Of a DNA stretch of 64,000 bases, positions 26,508-36,019 are shown one piece after another. The stretch comes from Thermoproteota archaeon (lineage in GTDB: Archaea; Korarchaeota; Korarchaeia; Korarchaeales; Korarchaeaceae), in assembly GCA_027492205.1 (NCBI GenBank), contig JAOZFN010000005.1, positions 40,775 through 104,774 of the forward strand, in the 5' to 3' direction. Made by a program: the position numbers and the translations under genes. The notes below the pieces were generated by a model. The model was not told where the DNA came from. It ran no database searches and saw only the letters and a program-made list of their open reading frames with translations. Position 1 is the stretch's first letter, and each line of letters begins with the position of its first letter.

Positions 26508-29372
26508 TTGCGGGTGCCTACGGTCTTCGACCAACTCCCGGAAGAGATGAGAGAGGCGCTGGCTTCTAGGGGGATAAGGGAGCCCACGCCCGCACAGGCG
26601 GAGGCAATCCCCCTCATACTCAGCGGCAAGAACGTCCTGCTGGTGGCCCCCACGGGATACGGCAAGACGGAGGCCGCCGTCCTTCCGCTGCTAGCGAGGC
26701 TCAAGGCTCAGCCAGCTGGGGAGGGAGTCAAGCTCCTTTACGTGACTCCGCTCAGGGCCCTGAACCGGGACCTCGAGGACAGGATCCGGTGGATGGCCTC
26801 CAGCGTGGGCCTCTCGGTGGCTGTCAGGCACGGCGACACCACCCAGTCGGAGAGGAGGAGACAGTCTCTCCACCCACCCGACGTACTCGTGACGACCCCG
26901 GAGACCCTGCAAGTCCTGCTCGTGGGCCGAAGGCTCAGGTCTCACATGAGGTCCGTCGCGGCCGTCGTAATCGATGAGGTACACGAGCTGGTGGACGACA
27001 AGCGCGGAGTGCAGCTCGCCGTGGCTCTCGAGAGGCTCAAGGAGCTGGTTGGGCGCCCATTCCAGAGGGTGGCCCTCTCAGCAACGGTCGGCGACCCGCG
27101 CCTGGTCGGCAGGGCGTTCTTCGGCGGCGAGCCCTTCGAGGTGGTTGACGTCTCGGCCATGAAGGAGATGGAACTGAGGGTTCTGCTCCCGGAGCCATCC
27201 GAAGAGGATGTCAAGTTGGCAAGCGAGACGGGTGCCGACCCGGGCGTCGTCGCGAGGATCAGGACCATCACGGAGGCGGCCTCCTCCGCAAGCTCAACCC
27301 TCCTATTCACGAACACGAGGTCTGCGGCTGAGGCCCTCGGGCACAGGCTCGCAAAGTGGTTCCCCAAGCTCGCGGTGTCGGTACACCATAGCTCCCTCTC
27401 CAGGGATGTCAGGGTTGAGGCAGAGCGAGCGCTCAAGAGCGGCGAGCTGGACACGCTCGTCTCCACCAGCTCCCTCGAGCTCGGCATAGACGTGGGCCAC
27501 GTAGACCTGGTGGTCCAGTACATGAGCCCCAGGCAGGCGACGAGGCTGGTGCAGAGGGTGGGCAGGAGCGGCCACAGGGTTGGGGAGGTCAGCAGGGGGG
27601 TCGTCGTGACTTCGGATGCGGACGAGTTTCTGGAGTCCTTGGTGATATGCCGACGGGCCAAGGGCGGCGAGCTGGAGGTCCCAAAGATACCGCCCAAACC
27701 TCTTGATGTGGCCCTCCACCAGACCGTCGGCCTCCTCTTGGAGTACAGGAGGATCCCCACAGTGAGCGCCCTCTCCATACTCAGGAGGGTCCACGCCTAC
27801 GCCGAGCTAACGAGGGACGAACTCGTGGAGACGCTCAGGTACGTCTACTCCAGCTGGAACAGGCCCCTGTGGATCTCAGAAGATGGCGAGTTCCTCGCGC
27901 TGCCGCACAGGCGCGAGAACTCGTACCGCTACTACTTCGAGAACCTCTCGACCATTCCCGACGAGCGTAGGTACCCCGTGGTCGAGGAGAGTTCGGGCCT
28001 TCTGATAGGCTATCTCGACGAGGCGTTCGTGCTGGACGATCTGTACCCGGGGGTCAAGTTCGTGTTCAAGGGCTCCGTGTGGGTCTTCAGGAGGATAGAG
28101 GCTGGCAGAGTGCTGGTGGTCAGGGCCGAAGATCCCACTGGCGCTATACCGAGCTGGGTTGGGGAGGACCTCCCCGTCCCGTTTGACGTGGCCGTCGAGG
28201 TTGGCAGGCTCAGGCGGATTGCTGAGGAGGAAATCAAGTCGGCGGGGGTCGAAGGAGCCGTTCGAACCATCCTGAGGGGCTACCCCTTCGCCGATGCGGA
28301 GGACGTGAGGAGGGCCATTCAGCCGATACGGGAGCACGTCAAGCTTGGAGTCCCCGTGGGGACGGACAGGAGGGTGGTGATCGAGGGATTCTCAAACTAC
28401 GCGGTGATCCACTCCTGTGCGGGGACCTTGGTGAACAGGACCCTCTCCCGCCTGCTGGGCCAGGTCATGGTCGAGGAGGTCGGGCTGGGCGTGCTCACCA
28501 ACTCTGACCCCTACAGGATAATCCTGAAGCCGGCCAGCGTGGAGATCGTGGAGAGGGCGCTTCACTCCCTCCTCGAGAGGGACTTGAGGAGTCTGCTGCT
28601 CAGGATCCTCCCGAGGACCGGCAGGTTTGGCGTGAGGGTTCTCCAGGTGGCGAAGAGAATGGGGCTCATCTCCAAGGCCGCGAGCTTGAGGGAGCTCAGC
28701 CTCAAGAAGATAGTCGAGGCCTACGAGGGCACCCCTGTCTACAGAGAGGCGATATCGGAGTCTCTTAACAGGGACTACGACTTGGAGGGCGCCGAGAGGC
28801 TCGTGTCCTCGATGGAAACCGGTGAGACCCAGATTGTGACCGTCGTGAGGGACTCGCCCAGCCCCCTAGCCTGGCTGGGACTGCGCCGCTCTCAGTTCTT
28901 CCTTGAGATACTCCCGCCGGAGAGCCTCGAGAGAATTCTGCTGCAGGCGGCTAAGGCGAGGATTCTAGGCACGGATCTCGTGGTGGTCTGTCCCTTCTGC
29001 TGGTCCTGGTGGACGAGCGTGAAGGTGAAGACGCTCCTAGACACCCGCATGACGCTCACCTGCCCGTCCTGCGGATCCAAGGCGCTGGCCGCGTTCTCTG
29101 GCAGGTGGGCCTCCCGCGCAGTTCAGGCGGTCGAGGAGGCAAGGAAGAGAGGCAGACCGGCGGTCTCAGACTCAGAACTCGCTGATCGGGCTTTCAGACT
29201 TGCCACCCTGACCGAGAGGTTCGGGAGCCTGGCCCTGGTGGCGGCCGCGGCCAGGGACGTAGATCCGGAGGACCTCAGTTTTCTCCTGACAAGACACGAG
29301 GAGGCCGACGACGAGTTCTTCAGGGAACTCGCCAGGCTGGAGTCCGAGTCCATACGCAGGAGGTACCTGTGA
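26508..29372 (+). CDS. lhr: Lhr-like ATP-dependent helicase with C-terminal Zn finger
   Basis: APTGYGKT, DEVHE, LSAT, SSLELGIDVG, QRVGRSGH, IPSWVG, CPFC...CPSC. Confidence 0.93.
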   Translation: MRVPTVFDQLPEEMREALASRGIREPTPAQAEAIPLILSGKNVLLVAPTGYGKTEAAVLPLLARLKAQPAGEGVKLLYVTPLRALNRDLEDRIRWMASSVGLSVAVRHGDTTQSERRRQSLHPPDVLVTTPETLQVLLVGRRLRSHMRSVAAVVIDEVHELVDDKRGVQLAVALERLKELVGRPFQRVALSATVGDPRLVGRAFFGGEPFEVVDVSAMKEMELRVLLPEPSEEDVKLASETGADPGVVARIRTITEAASSASSTLLFTNTRSAAEALGHRLAKWFPKLAVSVHHSSLSRDVRVEAERALKSGELDTLVSTSSLELGIDVGHVDLVVQYMSPRQATRLVQRVGRSGHRVGEVSRGVVVTSDADEFLESLVICRRAKGGELEVPKIPPKPLDVALHQTVGLLLEYRRIPTVSALSILRRVHAYAELTRDELVETLRYVYSSWNRPLWISEDGEFLALPHRRENSYRYYFENLSTIPDERRYPVVEESSGLLIGYLDEAFVLDDLYPGVKFVFKGSVWVFRRIEAGRVLVVRAEDPTGAIPSWVGEDLPVPFDVAVEVGRLRRIAEEEIKSAGVEGAVRTILRGYPFADAEDVRRAIQPIREHVKLGVPVGTDRRVVIEGFSNYAVIHSCAGTLVNRTLSRLLGQVMVEEVGLGVLTNSDPYRIILKPASVEIVERALHSLLERDLRSLLLRILPRTGRFGVRVLQVAKRMGLISKAASLRELSLKKIVEAYEGTPVYREAISESLNRDYDLEGAERLVSSMETGETQIVTVVRDSPSPLAWLGLRRSQFFLEILPPESLERILLQAAKARILGTDLVVVCPFCWSWWTSVKVKTLLDTRMTLTCPSCGSKALAAFSGRWASRAVQAVEEARKRGRPAVSDSELADRAFRLATLTERFGSLALVAAAARDVDPEDLSFLLTRHEEADDEFFRELARLESESIRRRYL

Positions 29373-29378
29373 CAGCCT

Positions 29379-29687
29379 TCAGGGCGCCGCGGCCTCATAC
29401 GCCTGCAGCGCCCTCTTGACGACGTAGAAGAAGATCGCCGTTGCCCCCATGGCTGCGGCCACGAGGACGGCGGCCAGCCAGCCCGGTACCTCCCTCCCGT
29501 ACGCGAATATGAAGGGGCCTACGATCACAAAGCCCCCGCCAGACCCCCCGCCCTCCAGAGATCCCAGCGCGAGAAGGAGGGTTCCTATGAAGATCATCGC
29601 CACACCGAGCAGGAACAGGGCCGCCCTGAAGAAGGCTCGCTGGATCTCCCTGCCTATCTCGACGTCCAAGCTCTCCCCGACCCCCAC
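29379..29687 (-). CDS. Small membrane protein, DUF131-like
   Basis: Two TM helices flanking GGFVIVGPF. Confidence 0.65.
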   Translation of the reverse strand: MGVGESLDVEIGREIQRAFFRAALFLLGVAMIFIGTLLLALGSLEGGGSGGGFVIVGPFIFAYGREVPGWLAAVLVAAAMGATAIFFYVVKRALQAYEAAAP

Positions 29688-29690
29688 GCC

Positions 29691-29960
29691 TCATCCCCCC
29701 GTCATCACGTAAAGAGCCAGGAGGGTTATTGCCATGGCGAGCCCCGAGAGCACGAGCAGCAGTAGCATCCCTTTTGTCAAGTTCCTTCCGAACACTATGG
29801 GTACGGGTCCTATCAGGATGATTCCCCCCACGACCTCGGACCTCCCCTCCCCCTCCCCTCCCCGCCCTTCCCTTCCCCTTCCAGGGACGAGGAGGGAGAT
29901 CACCATCAGCAGCAGGCCCGTCACCAGGAGGAAGAGACCGAGGGTCTGAACCGGATTCAC
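29691..29960 (-). CDS. Small membrane protein DUF131
   Basis: GGIILIGPVPIVFG signature. Confidence 0.85.
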   Translation of the reverse strand: MNPVQTLGLFLLVTGLLLMVISLLVPGRGREGRGGEGEGRSEVVGGIILIGPVPIVFGRNLTKGMLLLLVLSGLAMAITLLALYVMTGG

Positions 29961-29967
29961 CGGTCCA

Positions 29968-31335
29968 TCACCTCCCGCACGCCGCCCTCAGTCTCTCCAC
30001 GAACCCTCTCTCTCCTAGGACCTTGATCACCCCCTCGGCGGTGAGGGTCATGCCCGGCTCAGGGTAGGAGGCCCTGCCGCGGCGGTCGTACACCGCGACG
30101 ACCGTCAGGTTGAACTCCTCCTGGACCTGGCTTACTGTCATCCCGTTCACCCGCCCGCCTACTCTCAGGGCTGCGTAGACGGGCGCACCCTCCTCAAAGT
30201 GTGGGGAGGACGGTTGAAGGCTCTCGAGATCTGTCGCCGCTATGATCTCGGCTATCCGCTCCCCAGCTCTCCCGTCACCGAAGGGATTTCTGGCCTTTCT
30301 GATTCTCCTCCTCCAGGACGACTTGTAGAAGAAATCTCTCACCGCCTTGACGATCCGTCCCGGATGGGCCCCGACTATCAACCCGCCGCCCAGCTCTATT
30401 ATCTCGGGCCTCTCCGTGTTGTCCCTCAGTATTGCGCAGGGCACCCCGAGCGTGAAGGCTTCCTCCTGAACCCCCCCAGAGTCGGTTGCTACAGCTGTCG
30501 AGGCCGAGAGGAGGCTCAGAAAATCTAGATAGCCGAGAGGTTTCATCACCTTGATGTGAGGGGCCCTGACAAGGTCATCCAAGAGCCTTCTCTCTCTCAG
30601 CACCCTCGCCGCGTGGGGGTGGAGGGGCCACACGACGAGGGCCTCGTCAAGCTCGAGGAGGGCCTCCACTATCCCCGTTAGCCTTTCAGGGCGGTCCAAG
30701 TTCTCCCTCCTGTGAACGGTCACCAGGAGGGTCAGCTTGCTGGAATCTATCCGGAGCTTCCTGAGGATCTTGGACCTCTCCCTCGCCGCTGGGAGCATTG
30801 TGTGAACCGCGTCCACTACCGTGTTCCCGGTGAGCCTGACCTTGGAGGGGGGAATGCCCTCGTTCAGAAGGTTCTCCACCGCCCTCGCCGTGGGGGCGAA
30901 GTTGAGGGCGGCCAGGTGGTCGGAGACCCTCCTGTTGATCTCCTCGGGCATGGTGAGGTCGAAGCTCCTCAGCCCCGCCTCCACGTGGAGGAACGGGATT
31001 CCCAGCTTGGTGCAAGCTAGGGCCGTCCCAAGGACGGCGTTCGTGTCCCCCACCGCCAGGACCGCCTCGGGAAGAAACTCGCCGAGCACCTCCTCTGCCC
31101 TCATCACGGTCTCAGCCGTCTGGTAGGCGTGACTGCCAGACCCGACGCCCAGCTCGGCCACCGGCTCGGGCAGCCTGAACTCGTCGAGGAACACCCTGCT
31201 GAGCTCCCTGTCGTAGTGCTGCCCGACGTGGACGAGGTCGACCGGGATGCCCCTCCTCTCCAGGGAGTGTATCACCGGCGCCGCCTTGATGATCTCCGGC
31301 CGCGTGCCCACGAAGAATAGGAGGCTCCTGCCCAT
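29968..31335 (-). CDS. wecB: UDP-N-acetylglucosamine 2-epimerase with C-terminal RCK_C/TrkA-C-like domain
   Basis: GTRPEIIK, GQHY, GDTN, HVEAGLRS, PEEINR, HRREN, TDSGGVQEE, NPFGDG, plus about 75 extra C-terminal residues. Confidence 0.93.
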   Translation of the reverse strand: MGRSLLFFVGTRPEIIKAAPVIHSLERRGIPVDLVHVGQHYDRELSRVFLDEFRLPEPVAELGVGSGSHAYQTAETVMRAEEVLGEFLPEAVLAVGDTNAVLGTALACTKLGIPFLHVEAGLRSFDLTMPEEINRRVSDHLAALNFAPTARAVENLLNEGIPPSKVRLTGNTVVDAVHTMLPAARERSKILRKLRIDSSKLTLLVTVHRRENLDRPERLTGIVEALLELDEALVVWPLHPHAARVLRERRLLDDLVRAPHIKVMKPLGYLDFLSLLSASTAVATDSGGVQEEAFTLGVPCAILRDNTERPEIIELGGGLIVGAHPGRIVKAVRDFFYKSSWRRRIRKARNPFGDGRAGERIAEIIAATDLESLQPSSPHFEEGAPVYAALRVGGRVNGMTVSQVQEEFNLTVVAVYDRRGRASYPEPGMTLTAEGVIKVLGERGFVERLRAACGR

Positions 31336-31441
31336 GTTCTCACGTCGGCGCCCGCGTCACCTTTTTTAAAGTCGGCGTGAACCCGCCCCCGGCGATCTTT
31401 GCCTCCAGCGCCTCGGCAGAGGAGGGAGAGAGGGGGTTTAC

Positions 31442-33796
31442 ATGATCATCCCGGAGCCCGTCAAGAAATTTTACGCATACACGTCCAAGAACCTCCGCAG
31501 GGACCTGGCGGAGGCGCTCGTCGAGTTTGACGAGGTCCACATGGAGCGGCCCGAAGATGTCCCCGGGTTGAAGCCGCCCTCAGAAGTCTCGACTGAACAT
31601 CTGAGGCTCTACTCTGAACTCAAGAGGTCGGCAGAGAGGCTGATAGCCCACCTCGGGAAGGCGCCGGGGATCGAGTGGACCGGAGGAGATCTCACGCTCG
31701 AGGAGATTAGGGCCCTGCCCGACGAGGTCGACCGGGCAATAGGGGAGCTCCTCGAGATCCAGAGGGAACTGGACCTGGCGACCGCGGCGAAGAGGACGCT
31801 CAAGGATCTCGAAAAGAGGAGGGTTGAGCTAGAGGGGAAGATCGAGGAGCTCGAGGCGATGATCAGGCAGTACTACGAGGCCGCCGCTGCCGCGCTGGAG
31901 ACCGACCCCCAGAAGCTCCGCCTGGCCAGGGCGCTTATTGACATGGACCGCTCCCTGGCCAGAGTCCTCTACCTCGTAGAGGCCGGGCTGTCCCCAACGT
32001 CCAGCGTGTCAGACAGGGTAGAGGTGGTTGATCGGGCCCTCGACGCGCTCGACACGCTCCGAGCGAATCTAGAGGAGGCCGCCGACCTCATGGGCGACGA
32101 GGCGACTGCCCTTCGGGACATCCTCTCGAGGCTGGAAGAGGCCCTGAAGGTCGCCGCGGCCAAGTTCTCGGAGGCCCAGTCCGCCGAAGAGAGCCTGGCG
32201 GAGATGAGGCTCGTCGAGCAGATGTGGGACAGGATAGTGGAGGCCGGCAAGAAGGTCCCCGAACTGGCCCCAATTCTGGCCGAGAGGGAGCCCAAGCTTG
32301 AGAGGCTCAAGCAGGAGATGGAGGCGCTGGAGGCCAGAAGGGACTCGCTCGTTGAAGAGGGCGTGAGGAGACTCGAGACCGCGAGAGAGGCCGCTGAGGA
32401 AATTCGGCTCAAGGTCTCCGAGTTCAGGGCGAAGGCCATAACCATCAGGGCGGTGGAGGCCGGCGAGGCGGCCTATAGGATCTCAGACCTAGTCAAAGAG
32501 GCTCAGCCGCTGCTGTCCGAACTCTCGAAAGTCAAGGAGGAGATGGACAGGCTGACCAGGTATGCAGAGAAGGGCGTCAAGAAGAAACTCAAGGAGGCCA
32601 GGGCCAAGGCGCTCACGGATCTCGAGGCGATGTTCGCCAAGGTGGTGCACGCCCTCGGTCAGATAAGGGGAGAGGCCGCCGTTGAGAAGCTTGAATCCGA
32701 CTATATGCTCGAAGGGGTGGAGCTGGTCCTCACTCAGGGTTGGGTCCCAGCAAACAGGGCGGAGGTCCTAAAAGAGAAGCTCTCGAACAAGCTTGCGGGA
32801 TTCTTGGGAATAGAGTTCGAGGAGCCGAAGAAGGGGGACAAGCCGCCCACGTACATCCGAGTCAGTAAGATCTTCAGGCCGTTCAGGCTGTTGACTCACA
32901 AGATGTACGGCCTCCCCAGGCTGAGAGAGCTAGATCCGACCCCGATCACGACGATACTTTTCTCCCTGATGTTCGGCTTCATGTACGGTGATCTGGGTCA
33001 CGGACTAGTCCTAGCGGCCCTAGGGGCGCTTCTCATGAGGAGGTCAAAGAGCGAGAATATGCGCGAGTTCGGGGGAATTCTAATCTACGCGGGCCTGGCG
33101 GCGGCTCTGTTCGGCTTCTTGTACGGAGAGGCGTTCTTCATCCACCTAACAGAGCATAGCATCCTCCCCGCCCCCTCGAAGGAGCCTATGGGGCTGATTT
33201 CCCTTGCGGTGCTCTTTGGCGCGATCGAGCTGTCCATCGCCTTCATCCTCCAGGGCATCAACAAGATCGTCGAGGGAGACCTGCTCGGATCTCTCCTAGA
33301 GTTCCGAGGTTTTGGGACGTTCGCAGCCTACACTCTTGCGGTCTACGCTGCCTACCGGAACGGCGCGGACATCGCAACCACGATGACAGACCCCCTGTTC
33401 CGAGTGGCTGCCGGATTGGTGGTGATGACAGTAATCTATCCGATCTTTGAGTCCCTGAGGCACGGACACGGCGTCGGGGAGGGTGTGGTCGAGGGGATAA
33501 CCGTCTTCCTAGAGAGCACACTATCTCTCCTCAGCAACAGCCTCTCATTCCTAAGGCTGGCCGGATTCGCGATATCGCACGCAACCTTTGGAGTCCTGGC
33601 CCACGAACTCGCAGAGCACGCCACATCGACTCTTGGGCACGTCATGCCGATAGTTGTGTTCAACATCTTCGCGATGGGGCTAGAGGGAATGGTATCGTTC
33701 ATCCAAGCGCTTAGGCTCACCTTCTATGAGCTGTTCACGAAGTTCTTCTCGGCCGCCGGTCGCAGATTCGTAACGATCAGAGACATGCTTGGGTAG
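31442..33796 (+). CDS. atpI: A/V-type ATP synthase subunit I (a)
   Basis: Coiled-coil N-terminus, GWVP, PPT, DPT, MFGFMYGDLGHG, SFLRL, LRLTFYELFTKFF. Confidence 0.93.
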   Translation: MIIPEPVKKFYAYTSKNLRRDLAEALVEFDEVHMERPEDVPGLKPPSEVSTEHLRLYSELKRSAERLIAHLGKAPGIEWTGGDLTLEEIRALPDEVDRAIGELLEIQRELDLATAAKRTLKDLEKRRVELEGKIEELEAMIRQYYEAAAAALETDPQKLRLARALIDMDRSLARVLYLVEAGLSPTSSVSDRVEVVDRALDALDTLRANLEEAADLMGDEATALRDILSRLEEALKVAAAKFSEAQSAEESLAEMRLVEQMWDRIVEAGKKVPELAPILAEREPKLERLKQEMEALEARRDSLVEEGVRRLETAREAAEEIRLKVSEFRAKAITIRAVEAGEAAYRISDLVKEAQPLLSELSKVKEEMDRLTRYAEKGVKKKLKEARAKALTDLEAMFAKVVHALGQIRGEAAVEKLESDYMLEGVELVLTQGWVPANRAEVLKEKLSNKLAGFLGIEFEEPKKGDKPPTYIRVSKIFRPFRLLTHKMYGLPRLRELDPTPITTILFSLMFGFMYGDLGHGLVLAALGALLMRRSKSENMREFGGILIYAGLAAALFGFLYGEAFFIHLTEHSILPAPSKEPMGLISLAVLFGAIELSIAFILQGINKIVEGDLLGSLLEFRGFGTFAAYTLAVYAAYRNGADIATTMTDPLFRVAAGLVVMTVIYPIFESLRHGHGVGEGVVEGITVFLESTLSLLSNSLSFLRLAGFAISHATFGVLAHELAEHATSTLGHVMPIVVFNIFAMGLEGMVSFIQALRLTFYELFTKFFSAAGRRFVTIRDMLG

Positions 33797-33889
33797 GACA
33801 ATTGAGTACGGTCAAACGTTTTTATATTCTGAAGAGAGCCCGCACCCGGCCGGATCGTGGCTCAGCATGAGCTATGACGGCTGTCAGGG

Positions 33890-34246
33890 GTGTTGAGTAT
33901 GGCTAGAAGGCTTGGGTTCGTAAAGAACAAGATACTTGCGGCCATAGTACTCGCCCTGCCGATAGTGCTCCTACCTGCCTCTGTGTCGCTGGCTAGTCAG
34001 GTGGTTCAGGAGGAGGGTGCTCCCGTTGGCCAGGGGGGCAACCTCGGGTATATAGGCGCGGCCATCGCCGTAGTCGGCAGCACAATAGCCGCAGGCATAG
34101 CCCTATACGGAGTGGCCGTCGGAGGCAGCGCCCTCCTCGCCGAGAGGCCAGACATGTTCACGGCTGTGGTCGTGCTGGGAGGTCTCTCGGAGGGAGTCGC
34201 GATCTACGGGTTCCTCATAGGGTACCTGATCCTCGGCAAGCTCTAG
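33890..34246 (+). CDS. atpK: A/V-type ATP synthase proteolipid subunit K (c)
   Basis: N-terminal signal-like helix, one hairpin with AERP loop and LSEGVAIYG carrying the essential Glu; own TTTTTATA box upstream. Confidence 0.9.
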   Translation: MLSMARRLGFVKNKILAAIVLALPIVLLPASVSLASQVVQEEGAPVGQGGNLGYIGAAIAVVGSTIAAGIALYGVAVGGSALLAERPDMFTAVVVLGGLSEGVAIYGFLIGYLILGKL

Positions 34247-34260
34247 GCAGGAGGTCCCCC

Positions 34261-34290
34261 TCTCTCCTTTTTCGATCACCGTTTTTTGGA
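34261..34290 (+). terminator. Poly-T terminator after atpK
   Basis: CCTTTTT and GTTTTTT tracts just downstream of the stop. Confidence 0.5.
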
Positions 34291-34359
34291 TCCTCTATCG
34301 GTGGGGGCGTCTCGTGGCTACCCTCTCCCGCCCGTTCGGGTAACCGAGTCCGGGCCAGA

Positions 34360-35385
34360 CTACCTCTCCTTGACTAGGTCGTACACCCTGTCACCGGTCA
34401 GCCCTGCTATCCGCGAGAGGAGGAGGGTCTTGATCCTGACCGCCTCCCACTCGACCTCTATCAGGTACGTCAGCAGGTATGCAGGCGAGATCGGCTTCTT
34501 TGTCCCGTACCTAAGGGCCCATGTCGATATGTCCCTGTAAGCAGCCAGCTCGAGGATCCACGGCTGCCCGACCTTCTTGTACGAGTCCAGGACCTCCGTG
34601 GCCAGGTGTCGGTATCTCTCTATCCTGCCCAGCGCGACCAGCGCATCCCTCAGGTCTTCGGCCGAGCGGAGTATCTTGTACGCCGCAGGGTCCAGCCTGC
34701 CCTCAAACAACGTTAGGGGACTCCTCTCCCCTTTCAGCAGCGCCTTGAGCCCTGAGACCAGGAGTACCCTGTCCAGGTAGAGAGACAGGATCTCGTTGAA
34801 GGCCCCGTCCTTCCTCAGCGGCTTGGCTGCCTGGGCGCTGGACACAACGAGGTCTCTGTAGGCGACGTCGAGCGTCAGATCGAGGGCGGTGAGGTCCTTG
34901 TCTCCCTCTGCCAGCCACCTCCTCAGCTGACTCTTGATCTCCTCTACCCTTATCAGATCCACCAGCTGCTCCACGGAGTTAGCCTTGGCCAGCACGGCGA
35001 CGTCGAGCACGAACCCCTGTATCGGCAGGAGAGCGGTCTCCTCTAGGGCCGTGGCCCTCACCAAGGAGTATATTATCCTCCTGATGTTCTCCAAGTCGTA
35101 CTTCGCCATGTACGCCTTGAAGAACTCGGCAATCCCGCCGGTGACGAGGGATGTCACCTGCCTGGCTCTCCTGGCCATCACCCTGGCGTGAGCCTCCTCA
35201 ATCTTGTCCGCCCTTCTAAGGTCCTCGGGCCCCGCGAAGAACGGGCCGTACTCGGTCTTCGCTAGCTCAGAGAAGAGGGCCTCGTCGTCCCCTACGAACG
35301 CCCAGGACTTCAGGGTCTCCTCGGGCACGAGGTGAGTCTTGAGGCCATGGGCCCGGACGATCGCGTACCTGAGCCTGCTGCCCAA
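34360..35385 (-). CDS. atpC: A/V-type ATP synthase subunit C
   Basis: YAIVRAHGLKTHL, KYDLENI, YLIEVEWEAVRIK; operon position. Confidence 0.85.
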   Translation of the reverse strand: MGSRLRYAIVRAHGLKTHLVPEETLKSWAFVGDDEALFSELAKTEYGPFFAGPEDLRRADKIEEAHARVMARRARQVTSLVTGGIAEFFKAYMAKYDLENIRRIIYSLVRATALEETALLPIQGFVLDVAVLAKANSVEQLVDLIRVEEIKSQLRRWLAEGDKDLTALDLTLDVAYRDLVVSSAQAAKPLRKDGAFNEILSLYLDRVLLVSGLKALLKGERSPLTLFEGRLDPAAYKILRSAEDLRDALVALGRIERYRHLATEVLDSYKKVGQPWILELAAYRDISTWALRYGTKKPISPAYLLTYLIEVEWEAVRIKTLLLSRIAGLTGDRVYDLVKER

Positions 35386-35386
35386 C

Positions 35387-36004
35387 TCACTCCCTCCCCT
35401 TCACCGACTTGTACTTCTTGACCCGCAGGAACTCCTCCAGGCCCTCTTCCTCCAGCACCTCCTCGATGTACTTGATTATCTCCTTGTGCTCCGGTATGAC
35501 GAGCTTCTCCAGCGCGTTCACCTTCCTCATGGTCTCCGCCAGGCTCTCGGCGATCCTCTCGAACCTCGCCTCCACGTTCGCGGACTTGATGATCTCGTTG
35601 AGGGCCTCGGCCATCTTCTCCGCGGCAGCTATGACGGCGGCGTTGAGGGACGGCGTGGTGACGACCTCCAGCTCCCTCACCTCGATCTCCGGGACCTCCA
35701 CCCCTATCACGCTCCTGACCCTCATCTTTGTCCTCATGGGCCTAGCTAGGAGGGCCGCCTTGGACGCCTCTGACGGCCCCGCGGTGGCGTAGGCCAGCCT
35801 CAGGAGCTCGTACGCCTCGACCATCTTCTTCTCTGCATCTTCCCTGATCTTGAGTTCCTTGATCAGCGCCTGGGCCTCCTTCACGAGCTGGTCCCTCTTC
35901 ATCTTGAGGGCCTCAACGCCCCTCTCGAGGAACGAGACCCTCTCCCTCAGCCTGATCAGGAAGCCCTTGGTCGGGACGACCCTTCCGACGGACCTGGAGG
36001 ACAA
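35387..36004 (-). CDS. atpD: A/V-type ATP synthase subunit D
   Basis: PTKGFLIRL, LKMKRDQL, RKVNALE..IP. Confidence 0.95.
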   Translation of the reverse strand: MSSRSVGRVVPTKGFLIRLRERVSFLERGVEALKMKRDQLVKEAQALIKELKIREDAEKKMVEAYELLRLAYATAGPSEASKAALLARPMRTKMRVRSVIGVEVPEIEVRELEVVTTPSLNAAVIAAAEKMAEALNEIIKSANVEARFERIAESLAETMRKVNALEKLVIPEHKEIIKYIEEVLEEEGLEEFLRVKKYKSVKGRE

Positions 36005-36019
36005 TGCCCCTCACCGGAG

